A stretch of DNA of 62,811 nucleotides, counting the filler, from Deltaproteobacteria bacterium (GTDB lineage: Bacteria > JAEEML01), in assembly GCA_016283195.1 (NCBI GenBank). It is 3 parts of 3 records of this genome, joined end to end, with 100 filler letters (N's around TTAATTAATTAA, not from the genome) between each part and the next. Parts side by side here need not be neighbours in the genome. Positions count along the whole stretch, not along the records: positions 1 to 23,985 come from JAEEML010000014.1; 2 more parts are not named here. The stretch is one strand, 5' to 3'. Of the stretch, positions 1-10,128 are shown in pieces. A program made the position numbers and the translations under genes. The notes below the pieces were generated by a model. It searched no databases, was not told where the DNA came from, and saw only the letters and a program-made list of their open reading frames with translations. Each line of letters starts with the position of its first letter. Position 1 is the stretch's first letter.

Positions 1-147
1 GGGGTGAGGTCTGGCCGGGGCGTGAGCCCCGGCTAAGCCAGAGGCAGGCTATCCATACCCGGTCTTAAGTGTGGCCTCTGGCTTTTAAGGCAAATATGAA
101 GTGAATGATTTTGTAACATGGCATAATCAAAGTCATTTTTATTAAAT

Positions 148-233
148 GCCCGGGGTTCGGGGTGTCCCCGACCGTGCGGCGGAAAGGGGATTGGGGAAAA
201 CCTGAGCGCTTCGGAAGTAGCGGAGGTTTCCCC
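148..233 (+). repeat. Structured dispersed repeat (hairpin modules C and D)
   Basis: cggggtgtccccg hairpin (158-170) plus gtgcggcggaaagg recurs reverse-complemented at about 20270-20301 and as a variant at 50145-50176. ggaaaacc.gagcgcttcg.aagtagcgg.g.tttcc (193-233) recurs at 50259-50295. Confidence 0.75.
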
Positions 234-412
234 AAAAAAAAGAAAAGAAACAAAATAAAATCAAAGAAATAAAATCGGTCGGAAGCTGGCGCTACTCACT
301 GCCTGTGGCGGGCGAGAAAAGACAAACACTTGCCACCGAGCCTGGGTCTATCTATTTGAATTTACGTGTACTGTGCTTGGTAAATAGTGGTGAAAATAGC
401 GCGGCTTTGCAC

Positions 413-1267
413 CTATGGCGCGGCCTCTACCGGGCTATTCTCTTTTAAAGCCTCCGCATCTTTCCGGTATAGCAAAAAGTAGGCGCCACAAAAGGTAAGA
501 ATACTAAATACGGCAAAGATGACTTCCAAGAGCCATGTCGGCGGCGTGAAAACCTTGGCTACATAGAGGCCGGCGGTAAAATCCATCAGGGTATGCAGTA
601 AAATTGCCAGTGGATAGAGCCAGAATTTTTTTGCCGCCTTACAAGCATAAAAAACCAGGATTGAAGCGCCAATGTGGAAAAGGAGCGCTGAAGCGCGCTC
701 TATTAATCCCGTACCGATATTTAAAATCGACATTTCGGCCAGCTCTTGGGCCAAAGTTGTGAGATCGGCAACTTTATCCGGAGCTTTAGCCGCCACCTTT
801 TCGATGACGGAGCCAAAAGTTCCGTTATTAATCATCAGCGCATAGGTAATATAGGTAATATAACTCGCCCCCATGATAAAGAGTATTTCAAAACCGCCGT
901 GTCCAATTCCGTAGGAAATAGCTGTCTCTTTGTTCTTAAGCTTTTTCAAAGCGGTTTTGTAAGCCACCAAACGGCCGGTTTCTTCAAAAATTCCGGGAAA
1001 GAGTCCGGCGACCAAAGCCCAGAGTACCGGCGTAGCCTCTAAAAACCGCTTGAGCGGATGGTCAATTGATATCACCAAAGACTGCAGCGATTTTTCCAAA
1101 ACCAGAGCAAATAGGAAGAATGTGGCCGCACCCACCAGGATAGTTGCAAAACGCTCATTTTTTTTAAACTTCCAGAGCAGGGCAATAGTCAGCGGAATAA
1201 GCAAACTTAAGAGTGCTCCAAGAACCAAAAGCATAAATGATGAGGTTTCTACTTTAGCAAATTCCAT
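413..1267 (-). CDS. YhfC family intramembrane metalloprotease (PrsW-like)
   Basis: Multi-TM protein with GIFEETGR, GIGHGGFE and AILLHTLMD motifs. Last gene of a three-gene operon. Confidence 0.8.
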   Translation of the reverse strand: MEFAKVETSSFMLLVLGALLSLLIPLTIALLWKFKKNERFATILVGAATFFLFALVLEKSLQSLVISIDHPLKRFLEATPVLWALVAGLFPGIFEETGRLVAYKTALKKLKNKETAISYGIGHGGFEILFIMGASYITYITYALMINNGTFGSVIEKVAAKAPDKVADLTTLAQELAEMSILNIGTGLIERASALLFHIGASILVFYACKAAKKFWLYPLAILLHTLMDFTAGLYVAKVFTPPTWLLEVIFAVFSILTFCGAYFLLYRKDAEALKENSPVEAAP

Positions 1268-1992
1268 TATTTGCCTCCTTTTTCAGCGGCGATTTCGTCT
1301 GAATAGACCCGGTGTGCATATATTAGTATTGCAATTAGGGCCAGTATAAAAAGCCCCAATACCACTATTATGGTTAGCTCGGGATTTTTGCAAAATAGCG
1401 CTATAATGATAGTTAATACTCCGGTAATTATAATGGACAGTGCGCCAAAGCGGTTACTTTTGCGCCAGGTGTTATCATTATAGCGGCTCCATTTTATGCG
1501 GACGCCAAAGGTGCCGTTGTTTCTGGTCTTAGTCATGAAATTGCCTAAAACAATAGAGATAACACCAAGTAATATAAATGGTATTTTTGGTAGGCCGGGC
1601 AATTGCCGGCTGGCACCGGTAAGCGCTTCGCTATAGGCCCCATAGAGCAAAACGCCCTGCATGACTGTTAAGAGAGCCATTATGGCTACACCGATAGTTT
1701 CAAGGGCCTTAGCGTTGGTTTTATTATAGGCGCTTTCCCTGTCTATAGCTGCCTTTTGAGCCTTTTTTTCATAATATTTGGCGGATAAGGTGGAAGAGAG
1801 GGCCATTAGCAACATTATAACCGGAAAAATCAGCGTTTCGTATTTTGAACCCCAGCGGGGGGTAGCCGTATTCAGCCCAAAGTGCAGTGTCAGCCCATAG
1901 TGCAGCGGGATGGCATTCGGCATAAAGTAAAGGGCGATGGCCGAAATTATGAACGATATAGCCGCAATAATCCACATAACTACTCTTTTCAT
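1267..1992 (-). CDS. SdpI family (DUF1648 + SdpI) membrane immunity protein
   Basis: IPLHY/HFG..RWGSKYE N-terminus and NGTFGVRIKWS..W.KSNRFG SdpI motif. ATG at 1992 overlaps the regulator stop (ATGA). Confidence 0.8.
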   Translation of the reverse strand: MKRVVMWIIAAISFIISAIALYFMPNAIPLHYGLTLHFGLNTATPRWGSKYETLIFPVIMLLMALSSTLSAKYYEKKAQKAAIDRESAYNKTNAKALETIGVAIMALLTVMQGVLLYGAYSEALTGASRQLPGLPKIPFILLGVISIVLGNFMTKTRNNGTFGVRIKWSRYNDNTWRKSNRFGALSIIITGVLTIIIALFCKNPELTIIVVLGLFILALIAILIYAHRVYSDEIAAEKGGK

Positions 1993-2255
1993 TTGTTGCC
2001 TCCAAATTGTTCTACCCACAGTATTAGTTCAGCGAAAACCGAGGTATTGATCTCATAATAGACATAATTTTTTTGCTTATATTCCATCACCAGGTCGGCA
2101 TCTTTCAGCAGTTTCAAATGGTACGACAAAGCGGCTGGGGTGGTGCCCAGTTTTTCGGCAATTTCTCCGGCATTCAGGCGCCCCTTTTTCAGCATGACGA
2201 GTATATCACGCCGCTGCTTATCAGCTAGTACTTTGAAAATATTGCTCTCGCTCAT
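1989..2255 (-). CDS. ArsR/SdpR family autorepressor
   Basis: FKVLADKQRRDIL..LNAGEIA..ALSYHLKLLKDADLV winged HTH, directly upstream of the SdpI-like gene. Confidence 0.88.
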   Translation of the reverse strand: MSESNIFKVLADKQRRDILVMLKKGRLNAGEIAEKLGTTPAALSYHLKLLKDADLVMEYKQKNYVYYEINTSVFAELILWVEQFGGNK

Positions 2256-2276
2256 AGCACCTGGCCCCTCCTGAGC

Positions 2277-2339
2277 CTATTTCAAAATATTTTTAAATAG
2301 CGTTGCTGTCAAGAACTATTTCAAAAAAATTTTAAATAC
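2277..2339 (-). promoter_or_regulatory. Sigma70-type promoter overlapped by two palindromic ArsR-type operators
   Basis: Near-palindromes ctatttcaaaatatttttaaatag (2277-2300) and ctatttcaaaaaaattttaaatac (2316-2339). Minus-strand TTGACA (2312-2307), 17 bp spacer, then TATTTT. Confidence 0.7.
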
Positions 2340-2353
2340 TTGTTTGGTGAAAA

Positions 2354-3367
2354 TTATTGGTGATCAAGATTTTTGCTTAATTCCAGCACGTTACTCACAA
2401 AGTTCTTGGGCAGGCCAAAGGCGATGCTGGCAACATTAAGCACCGCCATCTCGGTTGGCAGAGTGAGTAAATCTTCCGGGTAGAGCACCCAGCCGCCCCA
2501 TTCTTCTTTGTCATAATATTGCCCCATGTGGTACCAGTCGGTAAAGATGGGGGTGGCTTCCCGGCCATCGGCTGCTTTAAGTGCCGGAAAACTAATAGTT
2601 TGGCCGGGGTTCAAAGTAAAAGTGCCGCTCATTTTGGGGGCGGGCAGAGAATCTTGGCCACTTATTTTCACGGGCACCAAAAAACGCGCTTTAGCAAAAG
2701 TATGAATCATCTCATCTTCATATTTATCAAAAAGTTCGCGTTTGCCGGGGTAATCGCACTTCCACAGCCGCTCCTGCTGCAACATGGTTAAAGCGCGCAA
2801 ATAATCGGGATTCATTACCGGCTGCTCAGAGAGGGGCACAGCCTGAAGATTGGGCAGCGGAATAAAAGCTGCGGCCTCGGCAATGTAGTAGTTTTGCCCG
2901 TTGTCAATCACCGCCCCGCGGGCTCCGTTGTAACAAAACTCGATTTCTAAAAAGCTTTTAATATCATCATGTTTAATAGTTAATAGCTGCCACATACGGA
3001 GCTGCTGGCGGTAATAGTCCAGGCACTCAAGAGCAAAACTTTCGTTGGAAAAGAGAAAAACACGCCCCTCTTCATCGAGAAAAGGCAGATTTGTATTTTC
3101 ATCAATAATTGTAAAAAGCTCTTTAAGTATAAGTATTTGTTTGGGGATAAGCTCCCGTAAACGCCGTACTGCCTTATCTATTTGGTCGGCGTTAAAATGA
3201 CGGCTCGCTATTAAAGTATTCCGGCGCTCTATAACATTATTAAGGAGCAATATTGTTTCCGGCACCGTCAGGGCGGCAATATCGGCCCAGACAGCGAGAT
3301 CTTTTAGTCTTGGTATAAATTCCCTGATAAGTTCCGTTTCGTTAATTCTTGCCTGCTTGTTTTCCAT
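2354..3367 (-). CDS. SseB family protein
   Basis: C-terminal ARFLVPV...FPAL....GREATPIFTDW SseB-like motif. ATG at 3367 follows a GGAGG RBS. Confidence 0.55.
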   Translation of the reverse strand: MENKQARINETELIREFIPRLKDLAVWADIAALTVPETILLLNNVIERRNTLIASRHFNADQIDKAVRRLRELIPKQILILKELFTIIDENTNLPFLDEEGRVFLFSNESFALECLDYYRQQLRMWQLLTIKHDDIKSFLEIEFCYNGARGAVIDNGQNYYIAEAAAFIPLPNLQAVPLSEQPVMNPDYLRALTMLQQERLWKCDYPGKRELFDKYEDEMIHTFAKARFLVPVKISGQDSLPAPKMSGTFTLNPGQTISFPALKAADGREATPIFTDWYHMGQYYDKEEWGGWVLYPEDLLTLPTEMAVLNVASIAFGLPKNFVSNVLELSKNLDHQ

Positions 3368-3471
3368 GTGCCCTCCAAGAAAGATCGTAAAAAACAACTT
3401 AATATGTTATATAGCCTCCCTTGCCGGGCGGCAATATCCGGCACAGTAAAAGATATTTAGGAGAAGCAGGC

Positions 3472-6135
3472 ATGAAGCCATACCTTGAAGAGAAAGAAGC
3501 AGTATTAAAAGAAACAGGCTCATCCATAACGGGCCTTACAGACGAAGAAGCGGCAGCGCGGCTCATTAAAGACGGCCCCAATAAGCTAAAGGAGCCGCCC
3601 AAAGAGAGCATTTTTAAAAAGTTTTTGGGCGAACTTAAAGACCCGATGACCATCGTCCTGATTGTGGCGGCTATTGTCAGCGCGGTTACCGCCATTTATG
3701 GCGGTGAGAGCCTGGCTGATGCCGGAATTATTCTGGCGGTTGTTTTATTAAATGCCTGCCTGGGCGTTTATCAGGAAAACAAAGCCGAAGCAGCTATTGA
3801 GGCTTTGCAGCAGGTTTCGGCCGCGACCGCCAAAGTTATTCGCGGTGGGCATCAAAAAACGATAAAGGCCGCCGAAGTGGTGCGCGGCGATCTTTTGGTG
3901 CTGGAAGCCGGTGACGCGGTGCCCGCCGATGCCCGCCTTATTGAATGTGCCTCGCTTAAAACTCAGGAAGCGGCCTTGACCGGCGAATCCACCGATGTGG
4001 AAAAGCAGAGTGCGGCTCTTCAGGCGGCCGAAAACGGCGAAGTGCCTTTGGGGGACCGCAAAAACATGGTTTATATGGGCTCTATTGTCACCTACGGCCG
4101 GGGGCAGGCGGTGGCCACCGGCACCGGTATGGCTACGGAAATGGGTGCCATTGCCGATGCTCTCACCAGTGCCAAAGAAGAAGAAACGCCGCTGCAAATC
4201 AAACTAAATGAGCTTTCTAAAAAGCTTTCCATAATGATTTTGGCCATTTGCGCCTTTGTCTTTATTGTCAACCTGGTGCGTAGCGGCGGCGAAGCGGTGC
4301 TGGATACCTTTATGATTGCCGTGGCCTTAGCTGTAGCGGCTATTCCCGAAGGTCTTAGCGCTGTGGTGACGGTTTTGCTCTCCATCGGGGTCACCAAAAT
4401 GAGCAAAAACCACGCTATTATTAGAAAACTTACGGCGGTGGAAACGCTTGGTTGCACCCAGATTATTTGCTCGGACAAAACCGGAACGCTCACCCAGAAC
4501 AAAATGACAGTGGTCAAAAAGGTGACCGGCGATGAAAAATTATTGCTAACGGCTATGGCTTTAAGCTCCGACGCCACTTTGGAGCAGGGCGAAGCGGTGG
4601 GTGAAGCTACCGAATGTGCACTTGTTAATGAGGCCAATAAAAACGGGCTGCCCAAAGGTGACCTGGTAGCCAAGTGGCCGCGTGTTGATGAAGCGCCCTT
4701 TGACTCGCTGCGCAAGATGATGACCACTGTGCATCAGCACGAAAACTCTTTTGTCCAGTTTACCAAGGGCGCGCCGGATGAGGTGCTGCGCCGTTGTAGC
4801 CATATCTTGGAAAACGGTGCAGCTGTTCCGCTCACCGAGGAGCATAAAAAGCATATTCTTGAGGCTAATAAAGCTATGGCCGACGAGGCGCTGCGCGTAT
4901 TGGGTGCGGCAGAGCGCCTTTATGATGAAAAGCCGGCCAGTAACGCGCCCGAAGATCTGGAGCAAAACATGACCTGGCTGGGCATGTGCGGTATGATTGA
5001 CCCCATTCGCCCGGAAGTAAAAGCGGCTATCGGTGAGTGCCGGAGCGCTGGTATTCGCCCCATTATGATTACCGGCGATCATAAGGACACCGCCACGGCG
5101 ATTGCCAAAGAGCTGGGCATTTTAAAACCTGGCCAGATGGCTATTACCGGCGCCGAACTGGATGCTATTCCCGATGAAGTATTTGCCCAGGATGTCCGTA
5201 AATATTCTGTTTATGCCCGGGTGCAGCCGGAAAACAAGGTGCGTATTGTCAACGCCTGGAAAGCGCTGGGGCGAGTTACCGCCATGACCGGCGACGGGGT
5301 CAATGACGCGCCCTCCATCAAGAGCGCCGATATTGGCGTGGGCATGGGCATTACCGGCACCGATGTGACTAAATCTGTTGCCGATATGATTTTAACCGAT
5401 GACAACTTTGCCACTATTGTGTCGGCTGTGAGCGAAGGGCGGCGTATTTACGATAATATCCGCAAGGCCGTGCAATTTTTGCTCTCCGCCAACCTGGCCG
5501 AGGTGCTGGCGGTATTTTCGGCTACACTCATGGGCTTTACCATTTTGAAGCCGGTGCACATTTTGTGGATCAATTTGATTACCGACACCATGCCGGCCAT
5601 TGCTCTAGGCATGGAGGAGGCCGAAAAAGGGGTGATGCAGCGCCCGCCGCGTCCGCCTAAAGAGAGCATTTTTGCCGATGGCCTTAGCTTTGATATTATG
5701 TTTCAGGGCTTTATCATTGCCGCCATTACGGTGCTTAGTTACTTTGTCGGCCACCGCCTGGATAGCGGCTCCTGGGCTATTGCCGAATCGTCAGCCGGCA
5801 TGACTATGGCTTTTCTCACCTTGAGCATAGTGGAGATTTTCCACTCCTTTAATATGCGCTCGCGCACCCAGTCGCTCTTTTGCCTGAAAAAACAGAATCT
5901 TTTGCTCTGGGGCACACTGGTTGTTTCTCTTTTAATTACCGCCGCTGTTATCTTCATCCCTGTGCTTAATAAGGCTTTTTCCTTCCAACCAATTACTATA
6001 ACTGAGTACCTGGTCGCTCTGGGGCTGGCTTTTGCCATTGTTCCCATTGTGGAAATTGAAAAGATTTTCCGGCGGCTGGGGCAGGGCAAAGAAGAACAAC
6101 CCACTAATATAGGAAATAGCCAATGTCAGAAATAA
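3472..6135 (+). CDS. Cation (Ca2+-type, P2A) translocating P-type ATPase
   Basis: TGES, PEGL, DKTGTLT, KGAPD, TGDH and GDGVNDAP motifs. ATG at 3472 follows an AGGAG RBS. Confidence 0.95.
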   Translation: MKPYLEEKEAVLKETGSSITGLTDEEAAARLIKDGPNKLKEPPKESIFKKFLGELKDPMTIVLIVAAIVSAVTAIYGGESLADAGIILAVVLLNACLGVYQENKAEAAIEALQQVSAATAKVIRGGHQKTIKAAEVVRGDLLVLEAGDAVPADARLIECASLKTQEAALTGESTDVEKQSAALQAAENGEVPLGDRKNMVYMGSIVTYGRGQAVATGTGMATEMGAIADALTSAKEEETPLQIKLNELSKKLSIMILAICAFVFIVNLVRSGGEAVLDTFMIAVALAVAAIPEGLSAVVTVLLSIGVTKMSKNHAIIRKLTAVETLGCTQIICSDKTGTLTQNKMTVVKKVTGDEKLLLTAMALSSDATLEQGEAVGEATECALVNEANKNGLPKGDLVAKWPRVDEAPFDSLRKMMTTVHQHENSFVQFTKGAPDEVLRRCSHILENGAAVPLTEEHKKHILEANKAMADEALRVLGAAERLYDEKPASNAPEDLEQNMTWLGMCGMIDPIRPEVKAAIGECRSAGIRPIMITGDHKDTATAIAKELGILKPGQMAITGAELDAIPDEVFAQDVRKYSVYARVQPENKVRIVNAWKALGRVTAMTGDGVNDAPSIKSADIGVGMGITGTDVTKSVADMILTDDNFATIVSAVSEGRRIYDNIRKAVQFLLSANLAEVLAVFSATLMGFTILKPVHILWINLITDTMPAIALGMEEAEKGVMQRPPRPPKESIFADGLSFDIMFQGFIIAAITVLSYFVGHRLDSGSWAIAESSAGMTMAFLTLSIVEIFHSFNMRSRTQSLFCLKKQNLLLWGTLVVSLLITAAVIFIPVLNKAFSFQPITITEYLVALGLAFAIVPIVEIEKIFRRLGQGKEEQPTNIGNSQCQK

Positions 6136-6557
6136 AAGCTCCGGCCGCCACCTGGAAACGAGTGCTATGCGAAATCGGTTTTGGCCTCATCGCGGCTATT
6201 CTCGCCGCCATTTTAACCTATATATACGCTGAGTTTTTTATGGATAGTCATGGCGATGTCGTGGGAGCAGCATTAGGCGAAATAATAATAACATGTGCTA
6301 TATTAGTCTCACTCCTTGTGCCCTGGGGCGTTTATCTTGGCGGTAAACTAGCCGGCGGACGCGGCACCATAAAAGCTATAGTTATCGCTAATATTGCTTT
6401 ACTTATTATATTCTTTGGAATCACATACTTTGGCCCTCATTTGCATTCTATAGGCGTGGCCATGGCCTTTGCTTTTCCGGCGGTAGTCTTAATTCTTCCT
6501 ATTGCTCTTTATGAAATATCGCACCGGAAAAAGCTGGCAGAAGTTAGCAGAAGCTAG
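6123..6557 (+). CDS. Hypothetical membrane protein
   Basis: 144 aa with about 4 hydrophobic segments. Overlaps the ATPase stop. Confidence 0.6.
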   Translation: MSEIKAPAATWKRVLCEIGFGLIAAILAAILTYIYAEFFMDSHGDVVGAALGEIIITCAILVSLLVPWGVYLGGKLAGGRGTIKAIVIANIALLIIFFGITYFGPHLHSIGVAMAFAFPAVVLILPIALYEISHRKKLAEVSRS

Positions 6558-6592
6558 CAGAAAATGATAAAGATGAAGCGGAGGAGGATTAT

Positions 6593-7027
6593 ATGCGACG
6601 CTGGCCAGCCATTTTTAGTTTTTTGTTATTTTTAGCTTTTCCCTCCCTGGCTTTGGCTCATGGTGGCGCGGGTCTTGGCGGCGCGATTTTTGGTATATTT
6701 GCCAATATTTTGGCCATATTTTCTTTTATTTCTTTAGCCATTTATTATTCGTCTAAAAATACTGCCCTCCAAGCTACTGGCATAATACTGATTGCTATAA
6801 ACTACTGTTTATATGTAGCTGGCCTACTGATATGCCTTGGCGCCTACAGCCCGGGAACAGAGCTGGAAGCATATTTGGGTTATAGTTTTTTGAATGAACT
6901 TTTTATACTGACGCATATAATAGTTTTCATCACTAAAGGCCGGAAAAACACTTTGGGGCAAGATGGGAAAAACAAGTGGCGGGAGCTGGCGGAAGAAGAG
7001 GAGAATAAAGCGGCTCATAATGGTTAA
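6593..7027 (+). CDS. Hypothetical membrane protein with signal peptide
   Basis: Strong RBS (ggaggagg), ALA-H cleavage motif and TM segments. Confidence 0.6.
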   Translation: MRRWPAIFSFLLFLAFPSLALAHGGAGLGGAIFGIFANILAIFSFISLAIYYSSKNTALQATGIILIAINYCLYVAGLLICLGAYSPGTELEAYLGYSFLNELFILTHIIVFITKGRKNTLGQDGKNKWRELAEEEENKAAHNG

Positions 7028-7057
7028 AAAAAATTAAGTTTTGCGAAAGGCGCTTAT

Positions 7058-8332
7058 ATGCATCAATTTACTGAGATTTTGCAGGATGAACTGAGCGCGG
7101 CCATGGGCTGCACCGAACCAATTGCTATTGCCTATGCCGCTTCTCTCGTTCGCGAAACACTGGGGGCCAGGCCGGAGCGGGTCAGCATCTTAGTCAGCAA
7201 AAACATTATTAAAAATGTAAAAAGCGTGATTGTGCCCAATACTGGCGGTTTAAACGGCATCGAAGCGGCTGTGGGTGCCGGTATTGTTATGGGTGACCCC
7301 GCGCTGGAACTTGAGGTTTTAAGCCGTGCTTCATCGGAACAGCAGGCAGAACTACGCGTATTTCTTGAAAATGTGCCTATTGAAGTGGCGCCGGCGAATT
7401 CTGCCGAGCTCTTTGAGATAGATATTAGCGCCTACAGCGGCGCCGATTGTGCCAGAGTGGTGATTCGCGGCTCACACACCAATGTGGTGCTCATAAAGCG
7501 CAACGATACCATTCTGCGCCAAGAGAATCCGCAGGTGGCCAATTATTGCCAAGATAGAAAGCCGGCAGACAAAGAGCGCCTCAAAGAGCTGACGGTAGCT
7601 GCTATTGTGGCCTATGCCGATAGTGTTGATATAGCGGAAATAGCGCCTATTTTCGAGCGCCAGATTGCCTGCAATATGGCTATTGCCGAAGAGGGGCTAA
7701 GAGGCAATTACGGCGCCAATATCGGCAAGGTACTGCTGGCAACCTATGGCGATTCTATCATGATCCGCGCACGAGCTAAGGCCGCGGCGGCCAGCGATGC
7801 CCGCATGAATGGCTGCGAAATGCCGGTTATTATCAATTCTGGCAGCGGCAATCAGGGCATTACCGTGTGCGTGCCGCTGGTGGAATATGCCCGCGAACTG
7901 GCTCTGCCGCGTGCGACGCTTTACCGTGCTCTGGCTGTTTCCAACCTTTGCGCTATTCATCTTAAATCGGGCATCGGCTGCCTCTCGGCCTATTGCGGCG
8001 CGGTGACTGCCGGCTGTGCCGCCGGGGCTGGAATTGCCTATCTGCACGGCGGCGGCCTTGATGTCGTCTCACATACGCTGGTCAACGCTCTGGCCATTGC
8101 TTCCGGTATCATCTGTGACGGCGCCAAAGCTAGCTGTGCCGCTAAAATTGCCGCCGCCATCGATGCTGGTATATTGGGCTGGTCGATGTATCAAAACGGC
8201 CAGGAATTCCACGGCGGCGAGGGCATTGTGGAGAAAGGAGTGGAGAATACCATCCGCAATGTGGGGCGGCTAGGGCATGATGGTATGCGGGAGACCGATG
8301 AAGAGATTATAAAAATGATGCTGGATGGTTAG
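7058..8332 (+). CDS. L-cysteine desulfidase / serine dehydratase alpha family (UPF0597, YhaM/CdsB-like)
   Basis: AMGCTEPIAIA, ASDARMNG, SGSGNQG, LSAYCG and CDGAKASCA motifs. Confidence 0.88.
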   Translation: MHQFTEILQDELSAAMGCTEPIAIAYAASLVRETLGARPERVSILVSKNIIKNVKSVIVPNTGGLNGIEAAVGAGIVMGDPALELEVLSRASSEQQAELRVFLENVPIEVAPANSAELFEIDISAYSGADCARVVIRGSHTNVVLIKRNDTILRQENPQVANYCQDRKPADKERLKELTVAAIVAYADSVDIAEIAPIFERQIACNMAIAEEGLRGNYGANIGKVLLATYGDSIMIRARAKAAAASDARMNGCEMPVIINSGSGNQGITVCVPLVEYARELALPRATLYRALAVSNLCAIHLKSGIGCLSAYCGAVTAGCAAGAGIAYLHGGGLDVVSHTLVNALAIASGIICDGAKASCAAKIAAAIDAGILGWSMYQNGQEFHGGEGIVEKGVENTIRNVGRLGHDGMRETDEEIIKMMLDG

Positions 8333-8725
8333 AGAAAACCGTGACCACCATGGAGCGCGGGTTTAAAGGGTTTTAATACTCTAAATTTTGTTGTGTTTCT
8401 CCTTTTAATCTTGCTGTAATAAGTTCTCCGAAATTTGTTTCCTCTCCAAAAATTCTTAGTTTTCCGGCTCCTTTTCATATAAATTGGCGGCGGAGGAAGG
8501 CGCGATGAGCAGCTATCTGGAAAAGGATTATGAAGCGGCCACTGTTGAGAGCTCACCGGCGAACTTGGCGAGATGTTTCAAAAAAGCCACGAGCTGGAAA
8601 AAGAGATAAAGAAGAATCTTTCGGCGTTTCCACGAACTCGCGATCTCTCATATAAAGGAATGTCTTTTGCAAAAAAGACGCTAAAACTCTTGCCCTCTAT
8701 TGAGGCTTTATTTGTGAGGTGCGTT

Positions 8726-9439
8726 ATGAAAAAGTTATTAGTTCCCATGATGGTGCTCGGTATGAGCCTGGCTGCCACTTTTGCCGCCTGCGGTAATGGT
8801 GAAGACTCGGGTAAAAATGGCCAAAACGGCAATGCTCAGGATAGTAAAGCTCAAAACAACAAAGACCAAAACAACAATGGTCAAAATGGCAAAGAGCAAA
8901 ATGGCAAAGACGCCGCTTCAGACGTCAATAGCGGTGATGAGTACTGTGCCGGTAAAGCAGATGGCGCCGCCTGTGGTGAGCAGATATCCTGGTGCTTCTG
9001 CTATCAGGAAAAGAGCACCAAGGCAGATGAAATAATGTGCCAGGTCTTTCCCTGCGATGCCGAGTGTGCTGGAAAAAAAGCCGGTGAATCTTGTGATAAC
9101 GGCAAAATCTGCGACCCGGGCGGTTCCTGCATTGAGCCCAAGCCGTATAGCAAAGGTCAAAATAATAAAGACGCAGCTTCGGATGATAATGACGGGGACT
9201 CAGACGCCAGCAGTGGTGATGAGTACTGCGCCGGTAAAGCAGATGGCGCCGCCTGTGGTGAGCAGATATCCTGGTGCTTCTGCTATCAGGAAAATAGCTA
9301 CCAGGCCGATGAAAGAATGTGTCAGGTTTTTCCCTGTGATGCCGAGTGTGATGGTAAAAATGCCGGTGAATCCTGTGACGGAGAGAAGGTTTGCGACCCG
9401 AACGGCTCCTGCATTGAGCTTACGCCGTATGCAGGCTGA
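8726..9439 (+). CDS. Cys-rich lipoprotein with an internally duplicated domain
   Basis: MKK..FAAC lipobox, Q/N/G/K-rich linker, and two ~68-aa Cys-rich repeats (about 8930-9137 and 9212-9419). ATG at 8726 follows GAGGTG. Confidence 0.75.
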   Translation: MKKLLVPMMVLGMSLAATFAACGNGEDSGKNGQNGNAQDSKAQNNKDQNNNGQNGKEQNGKDAASDVNSGDEYCAGKADGAACGEQISWCFCYQEKSTKADEIMCQVFPCDAECAGKKAGESCDNGKICDPGGSCIEPKPYSKGQNNKDAASDDNDGDSDASSGDEYCAGKADGAACGEQISWCFCYQENSYQADERMCQVFPCDAECDGKNAGESCDGEKVCDPNGSCIELTPYAG

Positions 9440-9599
9440 TGCCATTCCCCTCCATATCGGCCACAACCTTTTGCCCGGCTCCCACCGTGCCGGCTATGAT
9501 GAGCTCGGATAGCGGCTCCCAAATAGTCTCTTTAATAACCCTTTTCAGCGGGCGGGCGCCGTAATCGGGGTCATAGCCTTCCTGCGCCAGGTAATCTTT
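9420..9599 (-). pseudogene. Displaced, diverged duplicate of the clpB 3' end
   Basis: Encodes [37 protein letters not shown]..., near-identical to the ClpB C-terminus (12710-12892). Homology stops abruptly after gccaggtaatcttt. Confidence 0.85.
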
Positions 9600-9981
9600 G
9601 GTTGCTGCGGTCGCATTTAATTTTATGACCATCATTGCTGTTTTGATGTTTGTCCAGAAGCAAAGTTGAGTTTTACAATATAATTACGGAGTGTTGCTTA
9701 TAGTCCGTTGATTCATGTTATGAAGATACTTAAAAATCACTGTTGTCACACACCTTTCACAACAAGCAAAGTTGTTTAGTTTCAACAGGTTCTCGCATTT
9801 GACCTATGAGAAAGTCTTCCAAATTTTCCTAATTAAAGAGATTTAGCCTGATCCAAACCAAAATATTTCGCAGCGTTAACTCGCTTTTTGATCTAAATTT
9901 TAAATAAGCAAGCAGCAAATAAATACACAGCGCAACCCAGATTTGCGATAAAATATCATTGGTGATGTTCCTAAACAGCCT

Positions 9982-10128
9982 TTAATTTATATACATAGAA
10001 AACAGTTCAATTTGCCAGCGCTCTTTGTAAAGGTCGGCGATGGTCTTTGCATTCAGATGATGCACGTTGGTAATGAAAGTATACTCATCTTTCTCTTCTT
10101 CATCGTAGAAAAAGACGATCCGCTTCAT
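9982..10128 (-). pseudogene. IS4 family transposase fragment
   Basis: My own translation MKRIVFFYDEEEKDEYTFITNVHHLNAKTIADLYKERWQIELFS contains the IS4 Y-x2-R-W-x-I-E signature. Confidence 0.75.

Noticed and set aside
3399-6123. Numerous antisense and alternate-frame ORFs over the ATPase (likewise over clpB, VIT, brxC, thrS, the helicase and xdh)
   Set aside because: Shadow ORFs of well-supported genes with no motifs of their own.
8573-8725. N-terminal extension of the Cys-rich lipoprotein (similarly the 39206 start for pglZ and 3421 for the ATPase)
   Set aside because: Downstream ATGs fit the RBS, signal peptide or family N-terminus better.
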